Virus record (IMG/VR): IMGVR_UViG_3300023174_000066
Source of the DNA: an uncultured virus (IMG/VR IMGVR_UViG_3300023174_000066)
Lineage: Duplodnaviria; Heunggongvirae; Uroviricota; Caudoviricetes
Strand: one strand, 5' to 3'
Length of the DNA: 64,000 nt
In this document: positions 53,211-63,434 of the stretch, in pieces
Position numbering within the stretch: the stretch's first letter is position 1
How the letters are laid out: every line of letters starts with the position of its first letter
Translations under genes and position numbers: made by a program
The notes under the pieces: model-generated
Databases searched by the model: none
Told to the model about the DNA's origin: nothing
What the model saw: the letters and a program-made list of their open reading frames with translations, nothing else

Positions 53211-53381
53211 CTATTCTTCGTCTTCTGAAACGACGTCTTCTTCTACAACTGGCTCTGGCGCAGCAACTGGTGCAGGTGCAGAAAAGAATGCCTGCTTCTT
53301 TGGCGCAGGGGCGGCTGTTTTTGCGGCCTTAGCTCCGCCAAGCATGTCTGCAGCGGTAAAGTTTGTCTGGATTCCTGTCAT
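53211..53381 (-). CDS. Small Ala/Pro/acidic protein (56 aa)
   Basis: Not in the ORF track; AGGA RBS; MTGIQTNFTAADMLGG...EEDVVSEDEE. Confidence 0.65.
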   Translation of the reverse strand: MTGIQTNFTAADMLGGAKAAKTAAPAPKKQAFFSAPAPVAAPEPVVEEDVVSEDEE

Positions 53382-53389
53382 GTTTTTTC

Positions 53390-54502
53390 CTAACTGTATA
53401 GCTTGACCTGGAGGTTTCCAGTTTCAAGTTCGGATAAATTCACTACGTTACCAACTGTTTTGGTAGCGTAGAGAGTCCATGTCCCCGGGTCAACCGCCCC
53501 GAGAGCTTTATATGCTTCATCATATGTAATGGTGAATGCCACGGTGTTACTGACTGTGTTTGTAGCAATATTTGCAGTTTTAATGTCAATAGTACGAGTG
53601 CTTCCTGCACTCCGTAAAGTGACTACTGGAGACCAACCTGTTTGAGCAAAAAAGATGGAGACATCGGAGGATACAGCATTGGCCGAAGACCAAAATGCAT
53701 TATTACGTTGAACAATGGTCAGATCATACTGAGCATTGGCAGTAAGTACATTTGATTTTGGCGTGTAGCGACGAGCTCTTGGCTGGTCAGGTGAGAAAAC
53801 TCGAGCTCGAGCTTTTGCTCTGTCTGGGTTGACGGTCTTAAGGAATAAATCAACAGCATATAGACCGGTGCGCATTTCATCAATAAAGTCTTGACTATCA
53901 AGGAGTGTATAAGAAACGCCCTGACGAGAGATAGACGTTACACGCTGGGGAAGGGCGCAGTCTTCGTCGCCAGCCCACAGTTTAGCAAACTCAATTGCAA
54001 GTGTGCGGGCTGCCATTTTGCCTGCAGCAGGAACAACAGATCCGTATGTGTACGTAATTTCTACGTTACACGGAGTCCAAGGCACACCAGCCGCCGCTTG
54101 AATAGTTGAGTGGTCGACTAGGTAATAGCTACCTTCACTAAGAATACGACCATCTCTAGTGCGGATGGCGTGGATTTTGGTTACGGGACGCCCGCGAAGT
54201 TTAATTCGGGACTCGGGAGAGAGGCCGTCCGAGACCAATTCAGCATATTCTTGAAAGTCGGTGATCGGAATATTGTAAACCTCACCAGCAATGAGTGTTC
54301 CGTAGTAGTTTTTAGATGACGGGCCCATACGGTAGGCACGCTTAGCACAAACATATTTTTCGGTTACTGTGGTCTCGCCGGTGTACTTTCTACCAGACAT
54401 TGCCCACATAAGGTACGACGCAGTTTCGGCTGCTTCCTGGGCATACTCTGTGTTTGCATAGTCGCCAAGCTCAGAGGGCTGTATCCAAAGTGACGTTCCC
54501 AT
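53390..54502 (-). CDS. Head-to-tail adaptor
   Basis: AS.LMWAMSGRKY, TYTYG, LA.EFAK...C.LPQRVTSISRQGVS, TG...VD.F...VNP. Confidence 0.8.
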   Translation of the reverse strand: MGTSLWIQPSELGDYANTEYAQEAAETASYLMWAMSGRKYTGETTVTEKYVCAKRAYRMGPSSKNYYGTLIAGEVYNIPITDFQEYAELVSDGLSPESRIKLRGRPVTKIHAIRTRDGRILSEGSYYLVDHSTIQAAAGVPWTPCNVEITYTYGSVVPAAGKMAARTLAIEFAKLWAGDEDCALPQRVTSISRQGVSYTLLDSQDFIDEMRTGLYAVDLFLKTVNPDRAKARARVFSPDQPRARRYTPKSNVLTANAQYDLTIVQRNNAFWSSANAVSSDVSIFFAQTGWSPVVTLRSAGSTRTIDIKTANIATNTVSNTVAFTITYDEAYKALGAVDPGTWTLYATKTVGNVVNLSELETGNLQVKLYS

Positions 54503-54526
54503 ATGTTTTTCTTTCTAAACTTAATC

Positions 54527-54570
54527 GAGCGGCGCGTCGGCGTGTTTATCACACCGAGGCACGCCGCCCG
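54527..54570 (-). terminator. Long hairpin after the major tail gene
   Basis: GGGCGGCGTG.CTCGGTGTG...CACGCCGAC.CGCCGCTC inverted repeat; weak U-tract. Confidence 0.5.
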
Positions 54571-54583
54571 ATTTAGTGGTTTA

Positions 54584-55678
54584 TTAGACCGTGGGGTCCT
54601 CGTTTGATCCGATAACCCTATCAACGCTGTTGTCAGGGTTGAAGTTGATGTTACCAGGAACGTTATACGCGGTTCCCGACTCAGTGACTGAGAAGAGATC
54701 AGTTGCAGTAACTGCCGTGTACGTTGGGGTTTCTGTAGTCTCGTTGATGACAATAACGTTACCGGTAGCAGAAGCGTTAGCAACGTTAGCAGATACCTCA
54801 GAATAGGTGAAGAAGGTTGAACCGTTTCCACCTGTGACTGTAACATACCCGGCTCCAGTAGTGTCGAATGGATCTCCAAGTCCAGTAATAAGGATTTGGT
54901 CTCCAGCAACGATAGCGTTTGCAGATCCACCGGTGTAGAGGATATTTGCAACGTTAGAAGTGATAGAAGCAGCAGCAATCGAGTAGGTGTTGTTTCCTTC
55001 AGTCCACTTGTAGAATCCATTAAGACCAGTAGGTGCATAGGTTGTACGTGCGTACGAGTAAGGACGCTCAGCGGCAACCGGGTACTCCCAGCGACCATCT
55101 GGACCAGCACCAAAGAGGACATTTCCAAGGCCATAACCTTCAAACGTGGTGGCAAGCATTCCATTTTCAATTACGCGGTCACCTGACTGGCGAAGACGTG
55201 CATAGGGGAATACCCAGTGGAAGTAAGGAAGTGTCGAAGACTTACGACCATCCTTGATTGCGTGCGACCAACATTCAATAGCAACACCAAAACCAGATGG
55301 GTCGTCACCAACAGCGGGCGCAGCCCAACCAATTGACTTGCGGTTAGGCGTAGCAAAGGTTCCAAGGTTCTTTGAAAGAAGCAAACCGCCACCAATGAGG
55401 TTGGTAAGTTCAGCATCTGGTTCACAGAGTGCGAGCTCCATGGTGATACGCTTGAGTGTGTCAGGTGACTTGTAGGTCACGCAGACAACGCCGTTGGCGT
55501 TCTTTTCCGTGATTTCGTCGCCTTCTTCATATTCGGGTGTGAAGGAAAGACGCATAAAGCCGGCCGTAACGTAGCTGTTACCAGCAACGCTAGGGTCAGC
55601 GAGTGAGCCATCAGCATTCAGACGGGTGACGCGAATCGACACACCCTGAATGCTAGCAGCATATTCTTGAGTAGCCAT
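54584..55678 (-). CDS. Major tail protein with a C-terminal accessory domain
   Basis: RVTRL...G, EEGDEITEKNANG..C, LCEPD, Y.HWVFP; synteny. Confidence 0.85.
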   Translation of the reverse strand: MATQEYAASIQGVSIRVTRLNADGSLADPSVAGNSYVTAGFMRLSFTPEYEEGDEITEKNANGVVCVTYKSPDTLKRITMELALCEPDAELTNLIGGGLLLSKNLGTFATPNRKSIGWAAPAVGDDPSGFGVAIECWSHAIKDGRKSSTLPYFHWVFPYARLRQSGDRVIENGMLATTFEGYGLGNVLFGAGPDGRWEYPVAAERPYSYARTTYAPTGLNGFYKWTEGNNTYSIAAASITSNVANILYTGGSANAIVAGDQILITGLGDPFDTTGAGYVTVTGGNGSTFFTYSEVSANVANASATGNVIVINETTETPTYTAVTATDLFSVTESGTAYNVPGNINFNPDNSVDRVIGSNEDPTV

Positions 55679-55697
55679 GTAGCTATTCTCCTTGAGG

Positions 55698-56579
55698 TTA
55701 GGCTGTCAGATCTACTCTGACAGCTAGGTGGATGGATGTATCAAAGTAGACAGCCGCAGGGCGGATTGCTTTGATACGCATGTCATTCGCATTTCCCGAC
55801 ACATCATAAGCTTGTGCCAAGTTATCGTTCACCACATCAACATCGCCAAGGTAAACCTTGACAGTGCCAGTAGCGTACATCCATTTATTTGTGGCCGAGG
55901 CAGTCTGGCTGCCATCGGTCACGCTTGCTGGTCCTTGACCAGAGTAGCCACCACCGGCAATGACGGGAGTTCCGCCCATAGTCTGCAGGTGGTCTTTTAC
56001 TTTTTCGTGAAAAAGCATATTTGAGTTGCTTGATAGAAGAGCAACAACATCGCGGGTAGCGTGAATAATTCCCTGCTCACCAGCGTGTGAAGTAGTAGCA
56101 ATTGTGTGCTCTAAAAGAGCAAGGGCACGTCTTGCACTGAGTGCAGTGCCAGAGTTGAGTACGACAGCGGTGGAGCCAATAAGTGCTTTGTTGTCCTCAG
56201 ACTGGGCGATACGAACATCGCCGTTCCACAGCTCGCGCTCAATTGCTTTTTGCGTAACTCCCTCAAGCTGACGCTTAAGTCTAGCAATTCTGTCAATTCC
56301 ATTAAAACCAAGGGTAGATCTAACTTCATCAATTTCAATAAAAAAAGGTTTAATTTCGTCGTAATAGTTGACAGTGGCATTGTTTACAAGAACATAACTA
56401 TTGGTGTCTGTGTCGTCCCAGTTAGTAAGGGTGTCAACGGTTGTCTCATATTCCTGAGAAAATCCTCTAATCCATCGGTCTTCGTCAGCCGAGTTTTCAG
56501 GCTTTACGACAGCAAGTAGTCCAAAAGCGGAGGGCACAATAGCGGGTGCCTCTACAACGCCATTATTTGGGAAAGCCAT
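55698..56579 (-). CDS. Second capsid-related protein (cluster-B-like pentamer capsid protein)
   Basis: Directly after the capsid gene; PF, Q.AIERELW.G, GTPV.AG.GY, WMYATG.V; assigned by synteny. Confidence 0.6.
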   Translation of the reverse strand: MAFPNNGVVEAPAIVPSAFGLLAVVKPENSADEDRWIRGFSQEYETTVDTLTNWDDTDTNSYVLVNNATVNYYDEIKPFFIEIDEVRSTLGFNGIDRIARLKRQLEGVTQKAIERELWNGDVRIAQSEDNKALIGSTAVVLNSGTALSARRALALLEHTIATTSHAGEQGIIHATRDVVALLSSNSNMLFHEKVKDHLQTMGGTPVIAGGGYSGQGPASVTDGSQTASATNKWMYATGTVKVYLGDVDVVNDNLAQAYDVSGNANDMRIKAIRPAAVYFDTSIHLAVRVDLTA

Positions 56580-56615
56580 TATATGAATCCTTAGTGTTAA
56601 AGTCTGTGTCCTGGG

Positions 56616-56647
56616 CTACGGGCGGCCTCCCGGAGGAGGCCACCCGC
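56616..56647 (-). terminator. Hairpin after the major capsid gene
   Basis: GCGGGTGGCCTCC-TCCG-GGAGGCCGCCCGT. Confidence 0.5.
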
Positions 56648-56669
56648 AACTTCAGGGTTAATCGTAGAT

Positions 56670-58724
56670 TTACTCTTCGATTGCAGCGGCGGTAGCGCCA
56701 CCAGTGGTGTCGCGGAGGGCAGCAGCCACACCGTTAACCGAAATGCTCGTGGTAATTGCGAGCGATTCGATACCAACCTTTGCGATACCTTCGAAGGTTT
56801 CAACGAACATCTTGTAGTCGTTGGTTCCGACGAGGGTCGAGTCACGGATGATACCGAGGTCAAGAGTTCCACCATCAAGGAAGAGGAACGTGCCCTCTGC
56901 AAAGAGGTACCAGGTGAACTGGTCAGGGAACTCAAGAAGCTTGGCAGCGGAGCTACCCTGTGAGCCGAAGACGGTAAGGTCAGGGCTTGGGGTGAGCGTT
57001 ACGTTGCTGAGCGCAAGGTATCCTTCGATTTCCGAACGTGAAACACCAAGGTTTCCGTCACCGGGCATGTTGAGCGTGAGGTCAGCAGCCATGGCGTCAT
57101 AGATCCATCTAGGAACAATAGCCTGGAGCTGAGTGTCAACAGCAATACGGTGGCGTGAACGGTAAGCCGCAGAAGCTTTACGAATCTGGACAAGGAAGTC
57201 ACGAGCAAAACCAATGAGGCTAGGAGCTTCAGTGGTAACGACGTGCGCGTTCACGTTAGACGAGCCAGCACCAATCTTGGTAAGAAGATACTGCTCTGCT
57301 TCACGAGCGTGCTGAACGAGGGCAAGCTCGTTGTGACGAGCAATGAGCTCGGGGTACGCACGGGTCATGAGGTTACCGAACTGGAGCTGAAGAGTAACAG
57401 CGTCAGTTGCGACGGTGTTTTCTGCAGCAGCAGTGACGGTGTAGCTCGTCTTGGTTGCGGGGTTTGGTGTCTGAGCCGAGTCATTTGCAGCAGTCCAAAC
57501 GCCAACAGCGTTGTCGTAGGTGCCATCAGCAAACGATGGGGGGGTAACAAAGCGGACACCACCACGGTCAGCCTGGAAACGTGGCAGTGAGTCACGGACT
57601 GGGCGTTCTGTGGTTGAACCAATTCCGTAAATGTCGTACTTGACCTCGAATGGTGCAGCGTGGCCACCGGAAGCAACGAGTGCTCCTGGACCTGAAACAG
57701 CACCAATCTTGAGCATGTTTGACTCAGAATCGGATGAGAGGGTGCGGTCCTCGGGGAATGAAGTGACGATTGAAGCAACGATGTGCTGTTCTCCGTCTCC
57801 TCCGTTGACGCGGCGAAGCGAGTGGATTCGCTTTTCCATTGCCGAAGCAACTTCGCTCATGTCGGTTAGTGTCGTACCAGCGGTGTATCCAGGGATGTCT
57901 GCACCAGCGGTGATGGCTGTTGGTGCGTAGTTAACCTCGATTACAGGCTGGCGATCAGCTGGGGCTTGGAAGCCCTCTTCTGCTGAGGCGGTCACGGGGG
58001 CCTGCTCTTCCTGCTCAACTTCTTGAGCGATTTCGGTTTTTTCGGTTTCTGCTTCGACAGAGAATTCTTCTGCGTCTGCAACGGTCTCAACGACCTCCTC
58101 GACAGACTCAACGGCGTCTTCGACAACCTCTGGGTCTTCGGGGTCAGATGAAAGCTCAACGGCTTCATCTACGGATGCTTCAGTAGTTTCTTCAGTAGCT
58201 TCTACTACTTCTTCGGTAACTTCTTCAGCAGGGATTTCGGGTTCATCTGATGTAAACTCAGAACCTTCCACCGTATTAATTGACGCGTCGGCAGACTCGG
58301 TGGCGGAATAGGACTTCATGTCCTTCTTCTTCTTTTCCTCGTCCTCTTCAACAGGCATGTAACCGGTCCCTTCTTCAGGCATTTCCCCTGGCATTTCCAT
58401 AGGCATGTCTTCTGAAGGCATTTCTTCAACTGGTTCGACTGGTTCTTCAACCATGTCATCCTCCTGTACTTCCTCGCCCTTTACACGCATTGCAGCTTCA
58501 GCAGCTCGACTAGCGAGCTCCTCCATAGCTGCCTCACGGCGCTGTGTTTCACCTTTTACGGTGTCAAGCATATCGGCAAGGGTAGTCATAGCGTCAACTG
58601 ATTCAACGGTAGGCTCTTGGGATTCATAAGATTCAAACTCGCTTACGATAGCCTCTTGAAGCGTAGCGACTTGCTCGTCACTAAGCTCTGCAAGGTTATC
58701 AACTTGCGACTTAATCTGATCCAC
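56670..58724 (-). CDS. Major capsid protein with an N-terminal acidic scaffold-like region
   Basis: AAGGAGG RBS; ~260-aa acidic N terminus; ALVASGG, LP.FQADRGG, GTLDLGIIRDS.L...NDY..FVETFEG. Confidence 0.85.
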   Translation of the reverse strand: MDQIKSQVDNLAELSDEQVATLQEAIVSEFESYESQEPTVESVDAMTTLADMLDTVKGETQRREAAMEELASRAAEAAMRVKGEEVQEDDMVEEPVEPVEEMPSEDMPMEMPGEMPEEGTGYMPVEEDEEKKKKDMKSYSATESADASINTVEGSEFTSDEPEIPAEEVTEEVVEATEETTEASVDEAVELSSDPEDPEVVEDAVESVEEVVETVADAEEFSVEAETEKTEIAQEVEQEEQAPVTASAEEGFQAPADRQPVIEVNYAPTAITAGADIPGYTAGTTLTDMSEVASAMEKRIHSLRRVNGGDGEQHIVASIVTSFPEDRTLSSDSESNMLKIGAVSGPGALVASGGHAAPFEVKYDIYGIGSTTERPVRDSLPRFQADRGGVRFVTPPSFADGTYDNAVGVWTAANDSAQTPNPATKTSYTVTAAAENTVATDAVTLQLQFGNLMTRAYPELIARHNELALVQHAREAEQYLLTKIGAGSSNVNAHVVTTEAPSLIGFARDFLVQIRKASAAYRSRHRIAVDTQLQAIVPRWIYDAMAADLTLNMPGDGNLGVSRSEIEGYLALSNVTLTPSPDLTVFGSQGSSAAKLLEFPDQFTWYLFAEGTFLFLDGGTLDLGIIRDSTLVGTNDYKMFVETFEGIAKVGIESLAITTSISVNGVAAALRDTTGGATAAAIEE

Positions 58725-58857
58725 TGATCCTCCTTAAGGACAGTTGTGTGAGCGACTTTCGCTCACGGCTTAGGTCAAGGTAAAGGGACTACATATACTA
58801 GATATGAAGGCACTCCACCTACAAACAATTGTACATTGTTTTTATTTTCTTTATTAT

Positions 58858-61800
58858 TTAGGTAAGTAGACGTAGCATCTTAGCCATCTGCGATGAGATG
58901 TCTGATTGGCTGTAGACGTCGCTTCCGGACAAAAAGCCCTTTAACCCGCTAGTAACCTCTGCTGCGTCGTCTTTACCTATTTTCTTCTCAACCCGATCAA
59001 TCATGTCTTCCATGAGTTGTTGTAGGGCTGGAGGAAGATCTGAGAATCTAACTTTTTCAGCTTGATTCTTAAAAGGTAGTGGTAGGTTTGCAATAACCTT
59101 CCCTAGTTCTGCTGCAGTGTTTCGAACATTTTCTAGGGATACTTTATTTAAAGATCCTGAATCTAGGCGGTCAAGAAGTCTAATGAGCTCTTTTCCTGCC
59201 TTCGCAGCTTCTTCATAATTACCAAGACCGGTAATATTATCTACCTCTTTAATTTTTTCATTAACATCTTGAAGTCCTGAATCTCCAAGGTCTTGCTTTA
59301 GTCTTGCAAGAACTTGCCGAAACCGACCCGAAACATCGCGCGGCTGATTTACTCCAGGAGTGAACTTATATCCACGAACGGCGGGTGCTCCGTCATCTTC
59401 AGATATAGGTCCTTCAGCTGGAATTTCCTCAGCCGCGAATGCTTTTCCCAGGGCGTCCTGGGCAGCGGATAGTCGGGACTTAAGGTCTTCAGCACTGGCA
59501 GTGATTGCAGCGCTCTTTTCATTCTTCCATTTTTCTGGAATCAAGTGTCGAACATTTAGTTGTCGCGCACGCTTTTCGATGTGCTTCTTAACTTTTGCTC
59601 GATCTTCTGGGTTTGATCGTCCATAGGCTTGAATAGCATTTTTAAGGTCTTCTACGTTACTAATTGGGTATGAGCCATCAGGAAGAGCATGTCCCTTTTC
59701 AGCAAGCTTGTTTCTTTGGTCGCGTGAGATGTAGCCAAACTCAGACATCTTTCCTCTAAGCGAAGCAACTCGAGCTTCAAGTTCTTCCTTGGGGGTGACA
59801 ACATTCTCAAGTCGATTAAGTCTTGCTTGCATGTCTGCAAAAGGGTCTGACTTCATTTTTGCAAGAGTCTGTGCTCCAGCGGCAACAAGAGCCATAACCG
59901 AACCAGAAGCAACGCGAGCACGTGCAATTGGGAATCCGGGAACATTGACCTGGCAAACTGCTACGAGTTCAAGAGAACCGCGAATTGGACGCCAGTCACC
60001 TGAAGGTGCCGAAGCGCGAATTGCACGGACCTGTTCAGGAGCGGTGCCTGGTCGTAAAGAGCCGGCCACCCAAATACCGTAAGCATCTTCTCCAGCGTGG
60101 ACATCAGCAAAAGCTGAAGCAGTGTCGTCGTAGTGCTTGACGGCTTCCATAGCAGATGCTTCAAGTGAGGCGTGTCCACCCGCAAGAGTGAGCTGGCCTA
60201 CAGGAACATCGCTACCGTCATCTGCTCTAACGACCCCTGTGTGGAAGTATGCATAGCCACTACGTGACTTTGGTGGTTTAGTTCCATAGGCCATACCAAT
60301 ATGATCAACGTGCCATGCTGCAATGTGGCCAAATACGCGGCCTGTGTCGTCGACAGTAAGTGGAGTTGCCTGCTTAAGACGAGGGTTATCAAACCACTCT
60401 CTCGGCGGAACAACTGGAATTGCCCCAGCAATCATGCCGCATGCTACTAAAGCATCAGCATCAAAACTGTCCACTTCATCGACATAGATCCCGTCGGGAA
60501 CCATGTTTTCCTCCTGTTTTGTAAGATTGCCGTCTTCAAGTAGGCTAATAGAGCACTCTTGAAAAGCGGGCTTAGGTACAATTGTAGCAGCCATAACTCT
60601 GGCCTTATTTATAATAATTTTCTTCTTCTTGACTTCATCTTCACTATCTTCGGCAGCTTCTGTTTTGTCTTCAGCGGCTTCAAATTGATCCATATCTGCA
60701 GAAATGCCTCGAATAAATCCGTTTCTAACTAGACGCTCTGCTTCTCTACCGTAAGGACCGGTGTCAAACACTCCGTAAGCATCTCCCAAGCCTTCGTCAG
60801 TTCTGACAAGTCTTTCAATTTTTCCAACAACTACAGAGCCATCGTGCCCAGAAGCAGTCTTAATCTGCCACAAAAGAGGTAATGGAAGTTCGCGCATTGT
60901 AATTGAACCCTTGCGGAATTTTCTTCCATCTCCAGACTCAACATCCTCGGGGATAAGAAGACGAATGTAGAATTCAGCACCGCCGTGAGGAGAGGCATCA
61001 GCAATAATCCCAAAACGCTCTCTAGCATCGTCTGCACGTGCTGTGTTAATTGCGTTTTCAATAACTTGAGCCGTTGAGTTGACTAGTTCTGTGCTAAAAA
61101 CACTGCGCCCATTTTTTTGCTTTCCATAAAGTTGACGATTTTTTTTGTCCCCGGGCCACATTCCAGTCATTTCTTTGTGACGCAAAGAGCAATATCCTTT
61201 AGCCCTTGGGCCCATGTACTTAGATAAGTTTCTAACACACCGTGTCCAGTCACCGCCTATTCCCCAACGGATTTTTGCAGCGCCTTTTCCTCTAGTCCAG
61301 TAGCGGCGAAGCTGCTCTGCATTTCCTCTATTTCTGTCAACTCCTCCTGCGGCAACTAGAGAAAAAACTGCTTTGAAACTTTCGTCATAGGGCTTATTTG
61401 GGTCAATAATATTTAAAAATGTCTTGCCATAAGACTCTACAAAATCTTTATTTGGGCCCCACAGGACCATAAGCAGGTGATCAACACTGTGCACACCAGA
61501 GGCAGTCATGCTTGACTCGTCGACCTGAAGGAGGACATCGTTTAGCGTTGAGCTGTCTAGGGGGATAACGGGGGGAGGTGTTGCAGACTTAAAATCATTA
61601 AGAATAGTTTCATCCCTGACCCATTGGCCTTTGTCACGCTTATAGGTCATAGGAGCCGTCGACGTTGAGCTAACTGGGACAACTGCAACCAAATCCATCA
61701 CTGCCCGAGGATCGTCATCAGCAACAATTGCAAAATACATAGGCTGTACGTCAGAGTTTTCAGGAGTCATTCTAACTGACTTCTGTGCTTTAGTTTTTCC

Positions 61801-63402
61801 TACAGGGGTAGCTGCAACAATAGGCTTAGCCCAAGATTGCTCACCTACTTCTTCTTTTTTTCTTTTAAGGTTAGCTCTCCAACGTTTAAAAAGAGGGTGA
61901 TCGTATGCTTCCTTATCCTCAAACGCGGAGCTCTGAATTCCCTTTCCGCCAGCAGCACGCTGGTCTTGAACCCATGCTGGCCAGTTGTATAGAACATCGT
62001 GTAGATCGTCTGCAGTCATGGCTGGAAGAGTTCCAGGCAACTGTGCGTATGGCTGATTAATAGGAGTTCTTGGTTTAGCAAGAATTCCTGAAACATCTAG
62101 GGGTCTGCCAAGATCTTCTTGAAGAGGAGGAGCTTCTTGTCCACCCTCTTCTCTTGGTTTTGTTTTGTTTGCAGGTACGCTGACAGTCTGTCCGCCATCG
62201 GTCTGAATGGACACTTGGCCAGTAGACGGGTCTGTACCAGTGATGATACCGGAAGCAGCGGGATTACCAGCAACCGTAACACTCTGTCCTTGCTTAGCAA
62301 AACGACCAAGAGCATTTCGCATCTGGGAAGACGCATTTTGAGATCGCTCTTCTGGGCTGTAAACCTTATCCGTCGGGTTAATTCCAGCGGCAGTAAGGGT
62401 ATAATCAACAATCTCCCAGTCAATGTCCTCTGCTGCAAACATAACCAATCGAGCCTCTTCGGCATCAATTTCTGAGACAGAAATGTAGTGATCAGGGTTT
62501 TGGTGCTGCTTTGCAGCAATAATAATTGCAGAGTCCGGGTCAATCGGAATAATTGACTTCTCTACTAAATCAAACTCATCGTCTAATTCTGAATTGTACG
62601 AGTATACATCGCCATCGGACATGCCAAGATTGTCCCACTGTCCGTCGTCCCAAACATACATGGAGCTATCAATGTCTACTTTGTATAGTCGATCAATTCC
62701 AGACCCGTCCATGCGGACTCGAGCCAGGAAGTCAGGAGATGATAAGTGGCCCTCAGTCATTGCTTTAGAGAATGACTCTAGGTCGGGTCCTGGAGAGACA
62801 GATGCAGTAGTTGATTTCTTTTTGTCTTCGCGTTCAACGATTGCTTGAGCCCAGCGCCATGCAACATCGCCACCCCAAAGAGCCCACGCAATGCGTCCGT
62901 TTGAAGGGAATCCGTCTTCTCCAGGCGACCAGCCTTTCCCCTGTTTGTCTACTTCGTGCCTTGGGAAATATTTTGCAATGTGGCGAACTTTCTTGATTCC
63001 AAGTTGTCCTCCGCGGGCAAGAGTGCGAGCAGTGTTGAGACCAACCGAAGTTCCACCGCGGTTTTCTTCTTTGCGCCACTCAAGGGCTTTTTTAGCTTCG
63101 GATTGGGCACCTTTGGGGATTGTATATAGACGATCACCAGATGGGCCAGCTGCGGTAATAGTAATATTTAAATCAATTAATGAAGCTGACGCTAGTTCAA
63201 ACGAAGTAGAGAGGTCAATTTCCTCATCAGTACCCCAGATGTACTCGCTAGAGAGTTCTCTCTCTGATCCGGACTTTACAATAAGGTTGTGGTCTGTGTC
63301 GACAATTACTGCAGAACCGCCGTGAGCAAAAAGAGCTAAAGATCCATTCGTTCCTAGGAACTCAAGATCCCTACTTAAATTACTCATTAAAAAGTCCTCC
63401 AT
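58858..63402 (-). CDS. Multidomain capsid maturation protease (polyprotein-like)
   Basis: ESGDGR.F, LPL.WQ...GH.GSVVVG.I, GISAD, AT.V..PAF; GED.YGIWVAG, PSGDWR; extra ALPDGSYPI and RYW..GKGAAKIRWG domains; alternative start 63387. Confidence 0.8.
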   Translation of the reverse strand: MEDFLMSNLSRDLEFLGTNGSLALFAHGGSAVIVDTDHNLIVKSGSERELSSEYIWGTDEEIDLSTSFELASASLIDLNITITAAGPSGDRLYTIPKGAQSEAKKALEWRKEENRGGTSVGLNTARTLARGGQLGIKKVRHIAKYFPRHEVDKQGKGWSPGEDGFPSNGRIAWALWGGDVAWRWAQAIVEREDKKKSTTASVSPGPDLESFSKAMTEGHLSSPDFLARVRMDGSGIDRLYKVDIDSSMYVWDDGQWDNLGMSDGDVYSYNSELDDEFDLVEKSIIPIDPDSAIIIAAKQHQNPDHYISVSEIDAEEARLVMFAAEDIDWEIVDYTLTAAGINPTDKVYSPEERSQNASSQMRNALGRFAKQGQSVTVAGNPAASGIITGTDPSTGQVSIQTDGGQTVSVPANKTKPREEGGQEAPPLQEDLGRPLDVSGILAKPRTPINQPYAQLPGTLPAMTADDLHDVLYNWPAWVQDQRAAGGKGIQSSAFEDKEAYDHPLFKRWRANLKRKKEEVGEQSWAKPIVAATPVGKTKAQKSVRMTPENSDVQPMYFAIVADDDPRAVMDLVAVVPVSSTSTAPMTYKRDKGQWVRDETILNDFKSATPPPVIPLDSSTLNDVLLQVDESSMTASGVHSVDHLLMVLWGPNKDFVESYGKTFLNIIDPNKPYDESFKAVFSLVAAGGVDRNRGNAEQLRRYWTRGKGAAKIRWGIGGDWTRCVRNLSKYMGPRAKGYCSLRHKEMTGMWPGDKKNRQLYGKQKNGRSVFSTELVNSTAQVIENAINTARADDARERFGIIADASPHGGAEFYIRLLIPEDVESGDGRKFRKGSITMRELPLPLLWQIKTASGHDGSVVVGKIERLVRTDEGLGDAYGVFDTGPYGREAERLVRNGFIRGISADMDQFEAAEDKTEAAEDSEDEVKKKKIIINKARVMAATIVPKPAFQECSISLLEDGNLTKQEENMVPDGIYVDEVDSFDADALVACGMIAGAIPVVPPREWFDNPRLKQATPLTVDDTGRVFGHIAAWHVDHIGMAYGTKPPKSRSGYAYFHTGVVRADDGSDVPVGQLTLAGGHASLEASAMEAVKHYDDTASAFADVHAGEDAYGIWVAGSLRPGTAPEQVRAIRASAPSGDWRPIRGSLELVAVCQVNVPGFPIARARVASGSVMALVAAGAQTLAKMKSDPFADMQARLNRLENVVTPKEELEARVASLRGKMSEFGYISRDQRNKLAEKGHALPDGSYPISNVEDLKNAIQAYGRSNPEDRAKVKKHIEKRARQLNVRHLIPEKWKNEKSAAITASAEDLKSRLSAAQDALGKAFAAEEIPAEGPISEDDGAPAVRGYKFTPGVNQPRDVSGRFRQVLARLKQDLGDSGLQDVNEKIKEVDNITGLGNYEEAAKAGKELIRLLDRLDSGSLNKVSLENVRNTAAELGKVIANLPLPFKNQAEKVRFSDLPPALQQLMEDMIDRVEKKIGKDDAAEVTSGLKGFLSGSDVYSQSDISSQMAKMLRLLT

Positions 63403-63434
63403 AGGGAATAGAACATAAACACAATCGAGTGTTG

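Noticed and set aside
54364..55170. 268-aa alternative-frame ORF over the major tail gene (possible frameshift extension)
   Set aside because: Leu/Ser-rich shadow composition, no recognisable domain, no slippery site identified.
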